A DNA stretch of 64,000 nt from contig OZ243962.1 of NCBI GenBank assembly GCA_965214625.1, positions 491,324 to 555,323 on the forward strand, given 5' to 3'. Position 1 is the first letter of the stretch. The number at the start of each line of letters is the position of its first letter. Origin of the DNA: Candidatus Poriferihabitaceae bacterium (GTDB lineage: Bacteria > Pseudomonadota > Gammaproteobacteria > Arenicellales > Poriferihabitantaceae). Below the pieces are notes generated by a model, which had not been told where the DNA came from, did no database searches, and saw only the letters and a list, made by a program, of their open reading frames with translations. The translations under genes and the position numbers were made by a program. Below, piece by piece: positions 52,649-61,877 of the stretch.

Positions 52649-53650
52649 CTATTCTGGCACCCCGATCACTGCAACATTGTCTCCCGACCGGACAAGCCCG
52701 GGAAAATGGCGGCCGATGACCAGACCATCAAGGGCGGAATGATATTCCACCGGCGGAAGCCCCGTGCGTTCGATTTGATGTACTTTCGCGACCAGTTGCC
52801 CTTCACAAACCGGATCTCCGGGGTCCACGACGAGTTCAAGCAATCCTGAGTGCTGTGCCGTGATGAAACAGGCTGCACCCGGCATATTGAGCTCGATCGA
52901 AGGTCGGCTAACCGGTGGCCGGTCGAGGACACCGGCATGAATACAAAAATTGATGGCACCGGTCAGCGCAATGTCATTGGTATGACTTGACGTGGACCCG
53001 CCGCCACCCAATTCGGTGGTCACGAACACCTTGCCCTGTGCTTCGGCTGCGGTGTCATACATACCCACGGAATCCAATTCAAGGAGCATCACGCTGTAAG
53101 GTGCACAAAATGCTCTCATTGCGGCCTCACATCGCGCCTGTTGTGCCTTGTCCTCAAGCACATGTGCTGCAGCAAACGGCACGAAACTCAATGATTTTCC
53201 CCCTGAATGTATATCCATAACATAGTCTGCCATCGGCAACAGAATCCGTTGGAAGTAGTCCGCCATCTTCTGCGTGGCGGTGCCATCGGGTTTTCCTGGA
53301 AAAACCCGGTTCATATTGCCGTGATCAATCGGAGAAGTCCGGGTTCCCGCCCTAAACGCCGGATAATTCATCATCGGGATGAATATGATTCTGCCCGACA
53401 CCTCGGCGAGTCTGATGTCATTGATCAGGTTCAACAGGGCGGTCGGACCCTCATACTCGTCACCGTGGTTTGCACCCGTCAGCAGCACCGTCGGGCCCTG
53501 CCCATTTCGAACGACCGTCAAGGGGGTCATGATCGCCCCCCAAGCTGAACGATCATCCGAATGCGGTTGCTTGAGAAAGCCGTGCTGGATGCCTTCTTGG
53601 TTAAAGTCGACCGTGGAGACAATCGGGCTGTCTTTCATAATGAGTACCAA
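52649..53650 (-). CDS. AstE/AspA-family (succinylglutamate desuccinylase/aspartoacylase, DoeB-like) zinc deacylase
   Basis: 333 aa. The pattern VDFNQEGIQHGFLKQPHSDDRSAWGAIMTPLTVVRNGQGPTVLLTGANHGDEYEGPTAL is one I recognise from DoeB-like N-acetyl-diaminobutyrate deacetylases and AstE-family proteins. A later DIHSGG motif is also present. Confidence 0.7.
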   Translation of the reverse strand: MVLIMKDSPIVSTVDFNQEGIQHGFLKQPHSDDRSAWGAIMTPLTVVRNGQGPTVLLTGANHGDEYEGPTALLNLINDIRLAEVSGRIIFIPMMNYPAFRAGTRTSPIDHGNMNRVFPGKPDGTATQKMADYFQRILLPMADYVMDIHSGGKSLSFVPFAAAHVLEDKAQQARCEAAMRAFCAPYSVMLLELDSVGMYDTAAEAQGKVFVTTELGGGGSTSSHTNDIALTGAINFCIHAGVLDRPPVSRPSIELNMPGAACFITAQHSGLLELVVDPGDPVCEGQLVAKVHQIERTGLPPVEYHSALDGLVIGRHFPGLVRSGDNVAVIGVPE

Positions 53651-53963
53651 GTGAACGGGCCAAAATCAGTGCAAGCGGGGCAAAACAACAGCGATTCTTT
53701 GCCGTCACGGCATCTGATCATCCGATCGAGCCGACACTTCAGCGCAGGTTGCCGATTCGGCTCTCGCCAGTGTATTGACACAATACTACTGACATATCAA
53801 CGACGGATCAACATCATCCAGACACCCATCATCCGGATATTCCTTTGGGTCACTTGACCGGCGGCTTCCGATCTGTTTAATCCGACCTTCGAACAGACCG
53901 ACACACTGTACGAATTCCCATCGAAGGCCCCCTCCCTGAACACACGATGGGGAAACGGTCAAG

Positions 53964-54956
53964 CTATCGACCATGCCGACGAAACAGATAATGTGATCTC
54001 AAGTAGGCGGAAACAGTCTGTGACAGGTTGGTTTGATTGACATCAAACCACACCACATTGGACTGCTGGCGTAACCAGGTCAGTTGTCGTTTCGCCAATT
54101 GCCGTGTCGCAGCAATCGCATTTTGCTTCATTTCATTAGCATTGATTTTCTTCTCCAGATAATCAAACACCTGTCGATAACCGACAATTTTCATGGCAGG
54201 ACACTGATGGGGGTGATCCAGCATCGATATCAACGCTTCCGTCTCATCGATCAGCCCCGCTTCAAGCATCCCCTCAAACCGATCCGCAATGAGACTGTGA
54301 AGCAATGACCGATCGCTCATGAACAGCGTCATCTTGATCAGTGGCTGATGCAACCTTTCCGTCTTGGCAGCCTGCATCACCCTCGATGGCGCCTTTTTTG
54401 TCAGCCGGTAGATTTCAATCGCTCGGGAAACACGCTGGGTATCCGTAGCACGGATTGTTTTTGCAAGCACCGGATCGACGGTCTCCAGTTGATGATACAG
54501 ATATGGCAAGCCCTTGTTTTCCAACAGCTGCGCGATCTCCCGTCGGACTGTCTCATCCGATGGGGGCAATACCGATAAACCGTTTTCAAGCACTGAAAAA
54601 TAAAACTGGGTTCCACCCACAAACAGTGGCACCCTCCCTCTGGCGTGGATGTCATCCATCAACGCCAACGCATCACGTCTGAAATCCGCGGCAGAATAGC
54701 CTTGATTCGGATTTCTGATATCAATCAGATGATGCGGAGCCAATGCCTGGTGGTTTGGGTCCGGTTTCGCGGTGCCGATATTCATTCCGCGATAAACCTG
54801 GGCGGCATCCACGCTGATCAACTCAAAATCAAACTGATGGAACAACGCCGTTGCCAGCGCCGTTTTACCGGACGCGGTCGGCCCCATCAAAAAGACTACA
54901 GGATCGCCGTCATCGTCCACGCATAAACCACTTATCCAGTTCCGCCAGTGGAACAC
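53964..54956 (-). CDS. miaA: tRNA dimethylallyltransferase
   Basis: VVFLMGPTASGKTALA, DFELISVDAAQVYRGMNIGTAKP. The start may be the GTG at 54920. The track start overlaps mutL by 47 nt. Confidence 0.94.
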   Translation of the reverse strand: MFHWRNWISGLCVDDDGDPVVFLMGPTASGKTALATALFHQFDFELISVDAAQVYRGMNIGTAKPDPNHQALAPHHLIDIRNPNQGYSAADFRRDALALMDDIHARGRVPLFVGGTQFYFSVLENGLSVLPPSDETVRREIAQLLENKGLPYLYHQLETVDPVLAKTIRATDTQRVSRAIEIYRLTKKAPSRVMQAAKTERLHQPLIKMTLFMSDRSLLHSLIADRFEGMLEAGLIDETEALISMLDHPHQCPAMKIVGYRQVFDYLEKKINANEMKQNAIAATRQLAKRQLTWLRQQSNVVWFDVNQTNLSQTVSAYLRSHYLFRRHGR

Positions 54957-56805
54957 TCATCCAGGTCGGTCGACCATGATTACACTGCCCAGACCGTTCC
55001 ACCACTTCCATTTGTCTGAGCAACGCATTCATTTCCTCTATCGTCAGCCGGCGATTCGCCCGGACCGAGCCATGACAGGCGACACTCGACAGAATTTCAT
55101 TGTTCGCCTCTTCAATACGACTGGAACGACCCATTGTCTGCAAATCAGACAGGACATCCCTGACCAGACGTTCGAGGTCAACACGTGCCAATAACTCGGG
55201 AACCGCTCGGATGACGACCTGCTCCTCACCCAGTCGATTGATGTCAAAGCCCAGTGCCACGAAATGTTCTCCATATGTTTCAACCAGCGCTGCCTCATGG
55301 GTACTGACATTCAGATTGACGGGGACCAGTAAGGGTTGGGAACGAACCGACTGTTCACTTCGTTCCCGCTTCAAGCATTCATAGGTAATGCGTTCATGGG
55401 CTGCATGCATGTCAACGATCACCATGCCCTCTTTGTTCTCCGCCAGGATATAGACCCCTTTTATCTGTGCAATGGCAAATCCCAAAGGCGGTATGTCTTG
55501 CCTTTGCACCGCAACACCTGACTCCAACCCGACATCTGGCACAACCCCGCCTGTTCCCTGAAACCGGTCCTCCACCGCTGTCCCTGGCACACCTGACATG
55601 GCTTCATAGGCCAGCAGCTGTTCTTGAACCAGATGCCTGAATTGCTGCTGGGCAGCCCGCTGACCATGACCCTGATGCGTGCTGAATACAGGGGGAACCG
55701 ACGGATTGTGCCCCGGTGTCGAAAGTGGAAACCGTGTTTCGCCCTGTTCCGGTGAAAGCTGTGCAATGGCCCGGTGCAGTGTCCGATATATATAGTCATG
55801 CACCGATCGGGTATCGTTGAATCGCACCTCGCTTTTGGCCGGGTGCACATTCACGTCAACCTGATCGGGAGGCATTGAAAAAAATAAAACGAAGGCAGGA
55901 TGCCTTCCGTGGTACATCACATCATGGTACGCCCGGCGCACCGCATGGGCAATCAGATTGTCCTTGACGGCCCGGCCGTTGACGAAAAAATACTGAAGAT
56001 CGCGTTGGCTTCTGGAATAGGTCGGCAACCCCATCCAGCCTGACAATGCCATCCCGCCGTCCGCCTCCTCAAAATAGATGCATTGTTCGGCGAAAGCACT
56101 CCCACACAGCCGAGCAACCCGTTTGTTCCGGGTAATATCACTGTCCGCGCTTAACGTCTGAAAAACCGGCTTGCCGTCATAAGTGAACCGGATGTCGACA
56201 TCGAAGTGGCTCAATGCAACACGACGAATAACTTCATCGCACTGCTTGAACTCTGTTTTTTCAGTACGTAAGAATTTTCTTCTTGCGGGCGTGTTATAAA
56301 ACAGGTCAAGGACTTCCACCGTCGTGCCCGGCGCATGCGCCGCAGGCCTAGGGGGTGAAACGGCCATTTCACCGGTGACCTCCACTTCATAGGCCGAATT
56401 GGCTTCGACCACACGCGATGTGATACGCAATCTGGATACCGCAGCGATACTGGGCAGGGCCTCTCCTCTGAATCCGAGCGTGTTGATCCTGAACAAATCA
56501 TCAAACCGGGCAATCTTGCTGGTTGCATGCCGGGAAAGCGCCAGTCCCAGTTGGTCTTTGGCAATACCACACCCGTTATCCCTGACGGTCAATCGCTTGA
56601 TTCCCCCTTTTTCTGCCTCGATATCAATCAAGGTCGCCCCGGCGTCAATACTATTCTCCAGCAACTCCTTGAGCAGGGATGCCGGGCGTTCAATGACTTC
56701 CCCCGCAGCAATCTGATTGATCAACTGCTCCTTTAGCTGTTTAATTGGTTGTCTGACGGTATCCACTGACACTCGTGCCACTATACAGTTCGGGCGTATT
56801 TTCAA
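54910..56805 (-). CDS. mutL: DNA mismatch repair protein MutL
   Basis: LINQIAAGEVIERPASLLKELLENSIDAGA and GFRGEALPSI. A GTG at 56766, giving (M)DTVRQPIKQL, matches the usual N-terminal length better than the track ATG at 56805. Confidence 0.95.
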   Translation of the reverse strand: MKIRPNCIVARVSVDTVRQPIKQLKEQLINQIAAGEVIERPASLLKELLENSIDAGATLIDIEAEKGGIKRLTVRDNGCGIAKDQLGLALSRHATSKIARFDDLFRINTLGFRGEALPSIAAVSRLRITSRVVEANSAYEVEVTGEMAVSPPRPAAHAPGTTVEVLDLFYNTPARRKFLRTEKTEFKQCDEVIRRVALSHFDVDIRFTYDGKPVFQTLSADSDITRNKRVARLCGSAFAEQCIYFEEADGGMALSGWMGLPTYSRSQRDLQYFFVNGRAVKDNLIAHAVRRAYHDVMYHGRHPAFVLFFSMPPDQVDVNVHPAKSEVRFNDTRSVHDYIYRTLHRAIAQLSPEQGETRFPLSTPGHNPSVPPVFSTHQGHGQRAAQQQFRHLVQEQLLAYEAMSGVPGTAVEDRFQGTGGVVPDVGLESGVAVQRQDIPPLGFAIAQIKGVYILAENKEGMVIVDMHAAHERITYECLKRERSEQSVRSQPLLVPVNLNVSTHEAALVETYGEHFVALGFDINRLGEEQVVIRAVPELLARVDLERLVRDVLSDLQTMGRSSRIEEANNEILSSVACHGSVRANRRLTIEEMNALLRQMEVVERSGQCNHGRPTWMSVPLAELDKWFMRGR

Positions 56806-57943
56806 AGTAACGCTGGATGCCGGAAACGATCGCCCGAGCGATTTTCTGTTGGTGCTTTGAATTATTCAACAACTTTTCATCCTGGGGATTGGTCATATAA
56901 GCGGTTTCAATCAGGATTGAAGGAATGTCGGGTGATTTCAGTACGGCAAATCCCGCCTGTTCAACCCTGCGGCTGTGCAGCCTGCCTATTTTATTCAACT
57001 CATCGAGCACTTCACGGCCAAAACGGATACTTTCGTTGACCACTTTGGTCATCTGCAGATCGAGGAGTACTTCGGCCACCACATCCTCCTTATCCGACAA
57101 ACTGACCCCCCCTACCAGATCAGAGGCATTTTCCTTATCCGCCAACCATTTCGCTGTTTCACTGGTCGCACCGCTTTGGGAGAGCGCATAAACCGATGCC
57201 CCACGTGCTTTTTTGTTCTTGAAGCCGTCGGCATGAATAGAAACAAACAGATCGGCCTTTTTGTTACGGGCAATCCGAGTTCGCTTCCTTAACGGAATAT
57301 AATAATCACCGGTCCGGGTCAATTCCGCTCGCATGCCGGGCTGCTTGTCGATCAACGCTTTGAGTTTTTTTGAAATCTCCAATACGATGCGCTTTTCGTA
57401 TGATTTCCGACCCACTGCGCCGGGGTCCTCGCCACCATGACCCGGGTCGATCAAAACCAGGATATCCTGGTCGGGTTGACGGGGGATCGACGGATTCGAC
57501 TTTTTCACCTTGGGGGCCGGTTTCAACACTGCCCCGTAAGGATAAAAGTCAACCACCAGTCGATGTTGATAATGATCAATCGGCTTCAAGAACTGGATGT
57601 CATACCGTACCGGCTTATCCAAGTCGAAAACCAGTCGCATTGTTTTCGGTTCGGGATAGCCCAGTCTGATCTGTTTCAAAAATGGCCCGGTGGTTCCGGG
57701 AGACGGCATGCTTCCGATCAATTTCGATTCGGACAGGTCAATCACAACCCGACCGGGATTTTCCAATGTAAAGACCCTGAATTCAGGTTGTGCGTCCATG
57801 TCAAACACGATTCTTGATCGATCCGGCGCATGCCACATCCGCACCTCGTTGACCGTAACGGCACCGGCAAATTCCAGACAGAACACATACAGTCCCGCCA
57901 AAACGATGAACTGCCAGAAAAAAGGATCAAAACGGCGTATCAT
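56741..57943 (-). CDS. amiB: N-acetylmuramoyl-L-alanine amidase (AMIN + Amidase_3 domains)
   Basis: 400 aa with an N-terminal anchor or signal, an AMIN domain (VRMWHAPDRSRIVFDMD...VVIDL), and the catalytic domain ILVLIDPGHGGEDPGAVG...SIHADG...ETAYMTN. It holds the amiB position in the tsaE-amiB-mutL-miaA block. Confidence 0.85.
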   Translation of the reverse strand: MIRRFDPFFWQFIVLAGLYVFCLEFAGAVTVNEVRMWHAPDRSRIVFDMDAQPEFRVFTLENPGRVVIDLSESKLIGSMPSPGTTGPFLKQIRLGYPEPKTMRLVFDLDKPVRYDIQFLKPIDHYQHRLVVDFYPYGAVLKPAPKVKKSNPSIPRQPDQDILVLIDPGHGGEDPGAVGRKSYEKRIVLEISKKLKALIDKQPGMRAELTRTGDYYIPLRKRTRIARNKKADLFVSIHADGFKNKKARGASVYALSQSGATSETAKWLADKENASDLVGGVSLSDKEDVVAEVLLDLQMTKVVNESIRFGREVLDELNKIGRLHSRRVEQAGFAVLKSPDIPSILIETAYMTNPQDEKLLNNSKHQQKIARAIVSGIQRYFENTPELYSGTSVSGYRQTTN

Positions 57944-58377
57944 GTCAATGACTTAATGCGATCATCATGCGTCAGTTCGACCCGTCGGCCATTCCCCTGA
58001 TAACGGATATCCACCCTGTAATGCGGGGCAGGCAATAGCCCTGCTGCCCTGTCCGGCCATTCGATAAAGCAAATGGCGTCCGGAGACAGCATATCCCGAA
58101 TTCCGACTGATTCCAATTCTTCTTGGTCACGCAACCGGTACAGGTCCAGGTGATAAATCGGACCCTGACCAAGATCGTAATGTTCAACCAGCGTGAAGGT
58201 CGGGCTGGTGACCGGTGCCTTATACCCCAGCCCGGCCAATACACCCCTTACCAAGGTGGTTTTTCCCGCTCCCAATTCACCACACAAGAACAGTACCGAA
58301 CCCGGATTGATCGCGTGTGCCCAGGCCTCACCCAACTTGATCATGTCGCTTTCGGTCGGGATTTTGAAAACAGTCAT
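57940..58377 (-). CDS. tsaE: tRNA t6A37 biosynthesis ATPase TsaE
   Basis: LFLCGELGAGKTTLVRG, SPTFTLVEHY, HLDLYRL. I chose the ATG at 58377 (MTVFKIPTES...). The track ORF starts 14 codons upstream. There is a 4-nt overlap with amiB. Confidence 0.9.
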   Translation of the reverse strand: MTVFKIPTESDMIKLGEAWAHAINPGSVLFLCGELGAGKTTLVRGVLAGLGYKAPVTSPTFTLVEHYDLGQGPIYHLDLYRLRDQEELESVGIRDMLSPDAICFIEWPDRAAGLLPAPHYRVDIRYQGNGRRVELTHDDRIKSLT

Positions 58378-58518
58378 GATACCAGTGGTCTGGTGTGACA
58401 TGTCATGCTTTGCGCACAACTGCGATCGCGACGCTGATCTCTCACAGCGCCTCTACCTGCCAGGCCTCTTCCGATCACTAAAACCAGATAACCGCATGAC
58501 GACAGAACATCTTTCAAT

Positions 58519-60018
58519 TCAATTTTCCGCCACAATTGTCCGATCTGTCCTCTGTTCAATCACAAAAGGAAGTTCTTCGATCACATCACTTGCCAGCAGA
58601 CCCCGCGTGCCGACCTGTTTCACCTTACGGTCGGCACTGCCGGAATGCAACCACACACCGTAGGCCGCCGCATCAAACAGTGTCAATCGTTGTCCCAGCA
58701 ACGAGCCAATAATACCAGATAACACATCGCCCATCCCCGCACTCGCCATCCCGGCATTCCCTTCGTGACATATCTGGGCATGGTCCTGTTCATCCACAAC
58801 CATCGTGCCCGGTCCCTTCAGAACACAAATTCCGCCATATCGACGTGCAATCGCCAAGGCCGCCTTTCGTCGGTCCGCCTGGATATCGGCAGACGAACAG
58901 GCAAGCAATTTTCCGGCTTCACCTGGATGCGGGGTCAATATCCAACTGTTCGACCGATGCGGCTTTTCAGCCAGCCAGTACAACCCATCGGCATCCAGCA
59001 CCATTGGCTTGTTGGACTCAATCAACGTATCGAACAGTGACTCCCCCCAACATCCTCTCCCCATCCCCGGTCCAAGCACAATGGCATCACATCGCTCGAT
59101 CATGTCCCTGCCCACCTGCTCGTTTTCCAGACTGGTGCTCATCAGTTCACTGCAATATAACGCCGGCATATCCACATGGGCCGGTATACTCAATACCGTC
59201 ACCAACCCCGACCCACAGCGCAACGCGGCTTTGCCCGCCAGTAACACGGCTCCAAGCAGCCCCGCTTCCCCACCGGCGACGACCACTCTACCGCACTCGC
59301 CCTTATGGACATGGTGAGGGCGCTCATCCAGTACAGGAGGAGGCATTATCATACCAACCGGTTCAAAATGGGCATGGATTTGGTCGGATAGTCCCAGCGT
59401 ATCGAAACGGATTTCTCCACTCACCGCTCGACCGGGCCCAGTGAACAGGCCAATCTTCAAACCGATGAAACTGACCGTTAACGAAGCCGATACGCATGGC
59501 GAGAAAAGATTACCGGTATCACCGTTCAGTCCAGAGGGAACATCGATTGCAACAACCGGACAAGACAGTCGATTGATCAGCCCGATGATCTCGGCATAGC
59601 GTCCTGAGGGTGATCGATTCAGACCGGTCCCGAACAAACCATCGACGACAATATCCGCTTCCCGCAAACCCTTGTACCATTCGTCCGCCATCCGTCCACC
59701 CGCCATAAGATATGCCTGCTGACAGGCCTTGCTTTGCTCGCTTCTCGGTTCACCCAGCGCGATTGCCTGAACGTCAATACCTGCGGTCAATGCACACTGC
59801 GCAACCACATAGCCATCCCCGCCATTATTCCCCGAACCGCAAACCACAACCATTGTGCGTACTTCGAGGTAGTGCGACATCATTTGTTCAAACACACTCC
59901 TGCCCGCCCTTTCCATCAAGGTCAGTTCATCGAATCCATAGCGGTCGATTGCCAACCGGTCCATATCGCGGACCTGGGTCGCAGTGTACAACGACTGACT
60001 CAATTCATTGTGGATCAT
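58519..60018 (-). CDS. nnr: bifunctional NAD(P)H-hydrate repair enzyme (epimerase + ADP-dependent dehydratase)
   Basis: The N-terminal YjeF_N part has VVCGSGNNGGDGYVVA. The C-terminal carbohydrate-kinase part has LTPHPGEAGKLL and AGMGDVLSGIIGSLLGQ. I chose the ATG at 60018. The track ORF starts 39 codons upstream. Confidence 0.9.
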   Translation of the reverse strand: MIHNELSQSLYTATQVRDMDRLAIDRYGFDELTLMERAGRSVFEQMMSHYLEVRTMVVVCGSGNNGGDGYVVAQCALTAGIDVQAIALGEPRSEQSKACQQAYLMAGGRMADEWYKGLREADIVVDGLFGTGLNRSPSGRYAEIIGLINRLSCPVVAIDVPSGLNGDTGNLFSPCVSASLTVSFIGLKIGLFTGPGRAVSGEIRFDTLGLSDQIHAHFEPVGMIMPPPVLDERPHHVHKGECGRVVVAGGEAGLLGAVLLAGKAALRCGSGLVTVLSIPAHVDMPALYCSELMSTSLENEQVGRDMIERCDAIVLGPGMGRGCWGESLFDTLIESNKPMVLDADGLYWLAEKPHRSNSWILTPHPGEAGKLLACSSADIQADRRKAALAIARRYGGICVLKGPGTMVVDEQDHAQICHEGNAGMASAGMGDVLSGIIGSLLGQRLTLFDAAAYGVWLHSGSADRKVKQVGTRGLLASDVIEELPFVIEQRTDRTIVAEN

Positions 60019-60530
60019 AGTAGGTTGTTCATGCAACGCATCGTTCGTGTCTCCACCGGTCGAATGATTGGTTTTGATCGTCTTTTGAAACAATCCGATG
60101 TTCCGATTATCACAATTGCTGTCAATGGCATGCAAGCAAACACGCCATATTAGGCACTCAACTCACCGGAAATCACATGTCGGTCTCCCGCTAATATGCA
60201 ACGACAACCAGACCGGAGCCCCGACTGGCGATTTGATTCCAACACGGTTCCGACAGGCTGCCATTTGGATTTGATCCTAGTGACGGACCGTCGTTTCAAC
60301 TAAAGGTAAAGGCGTTTGAGTTGATGCGGTTCATCCCGTGGAACTGGTCACATGAGGTTGATCGATGTCATCCCGGCGGAGGTTGTATCAGCGACTTTGT
60401 CCTGATGAAACAGATCGCTGCATATTCAAATTATAAGCTGTAATTCAAGATCATACCGATGTATCAGTGATCACTATCGCAAATGAAGACAAAAACTGGA
60501 TTGTCACCCTTCAGCACAAATTTCAAAAAA

Positions 60531-60559
60531 TAGACACAGTGCAAAACACTTAATATAAT
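60531..60559 (+). promoter_or_regulatory. sigma70-like promoter for the RND efflux operon: TAGACA-17 nt-TATAAT
   Basis: -35 TAGACA at 60531-60536, a 17-nt spacer, and a perfect -10 TATAAT at 60554-60559. An AGGTGT/ACACCT leader hairpin (60574-60593) follows, then the MFP start. Confidence 0.45.
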
Positions 60560-60616
60560 ATACTTGCGTCAACAGGTGTCCGTAACAACACCTAGGGATC
60601 ATGGGTCCTTGAGAGC

Positions 60617-61822
60617 TTGCTGCGGCGCTTTGGCAAACAACAAGTAGATTGGTTGAGAAAAACGATGGCACGAGGATCAACAGACGCTGTAGGCACATCC
60701 TCCGGGGAACGACGCTGGCTCGGGTATACTCAGTTCATCCTTCTCATCCTCATCGTCGCGATCGCTCTGTATTTCGCCAAAGCCCCCTCCCGGGTGGATC
60801 GTGACCCGGACACCGCTTACGGTGAAATCGAGCCGGTTGTCTATACCGTCGAACCGGAACCAACCGAATACGTACAGCAGATCGGTCTGACCGGGACCAT
60901 TACCCTCGACAGGAAATTGACAGTGGTTGCCGAAGTCGTCGGGCGTGTGATCTGGGTATCACCGGACTTCGTTAACGGCGGTACGATTCCAGCCAATCAG
61001 GTATTCGTGAAAATCGATCCAACCGAATACGAACTGGAAGTTCAGGCCGCCGAAATGGCAGTTGCATCTACCGAAGCCCTTGTCCAGGCGATCAAAGACA
61101 ATAGGGACTCAGCGTTACGGGAGAGTCCGCCACTTGCCAAGGCAAATATCAGGCTCGGGCAGGCAAAAATCAGGCTCGGGCAGGCAAATGCCGCTCTCGC
61201 CTTGGCAAAACTGCGGCTTTCGCGTACCGAAATCAGCCTGCCCTACACCGCCCGGGTCATATCTTCCGAACTGGAGGTGGGTGATCTGGTCGGACCGCCT
61301 GAAACGGTTGGCAAACTACTGTCTGTGCTTGGAATCGTGTATCGTCCAGATGCACTGCAAGTCAGGGTACCGATCAAAGTGGTTGACTTGGCTCGATTTG
61401 ATCCAGCAATTGGCCGGGTTGCAAGAGTCAACACGCTGACAGGCACTTATGATGCCGAGTTATCGCGCATTTCCTCGGTCGTTGCGCCCGAGACCCGCCT
61501 TGCCAAAGTATTTCTCAAATTCTCAACGAAGACACCGCAAGAATCACTTCCTGTGCCGGGCATGTTTGCGGAAGTCGTGATTTTTGGCTCTCGACGCGAT
61601 GGCGTATTTATTTTGCCCGAGGCGGCAAGTCGGGCACATAACAGCATCTGGATTGTTGCCGACGGCGCGCTGCGCGCCGTAACGCCGGTGACCGTAGATC
61701 ACATGGCCGATGGATGGGTTGTCGAAACATTCGATGCGGGTGATGGCGTGGTCGTTAGCACTTTGGCGGGAGCCAGTGAAGGCCTGAAAGTCACGGCCAG
61801 CCCGGCACCTGATTCGCCATAG
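60617..61822 (+). CDS. RND efflux membrane fusion protein (periplasmic adaptor)
   Basis: 401 aa with an N-terminal membrane anchor (WLGYTQFILLILIVAIALYF), barrel-sandwich and alpha-hairpin segments (VKIDPTEYELEVQAAEMAVA...LALAKLRLSRTEISLPYTARV), and a permease gene immediately downstream. The start could be the ATG at 60665. Confidence 0.8.
   Translation: MLRRFGKQQVDWLRKTMARGSTDAVGTSSGERRWLGYTQFILLILIVAIALYFAKAPSRVDRDPDTAYGEIEPVVYTVEPEPTEYVQQIGLTGTITLDRKLTVVAEVVGRVIWVSPDFVNGGTIPANQVFVKIDPTEYELEVQAAEMAVASTEALVQAIKDNRDSALRESPPLAKANIRLGQAKIRLGQANAALALAKLRLSRTEISLPYTARVISSELEVGDLVGPPETVGKLLSVLGIVYRPDALQVRVPIKVVDLARFDPAIGRVARVNTLTGTYDAELSRISSVVAPETRLAKVFLKFSTKTPQESLPVPGMFAEVVIFGSRRDGVFILPEAASRAHNSIWIVADGALRAVTPVTVDHMADGWVVETFDAGDGVVVSTLAGASEGLKVTASPAPDSP
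61140..61190 (+). repeat. in-frame 21-bp tandem duplication inside the MFP gene (2 full copies plus a 9-nt partial)
   Basis: AGGCAAATATCAGGCTCGGGC (61140-61160) and AGGCAAAAATCAGGCTCGGGC (61161-61181, 1 mismatch), followed by AGGCAAATG. This encodes ..AKANIRLGQ-AKIRLGQ-ANAAL.., a duplicated heptad. Confidence 0.9.
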
Positions 61823-61877
61823 ACCGGTTTGCATTGATGTGTCAGATGACGAGGGTCCAACTGAAAAGGGAAATATC

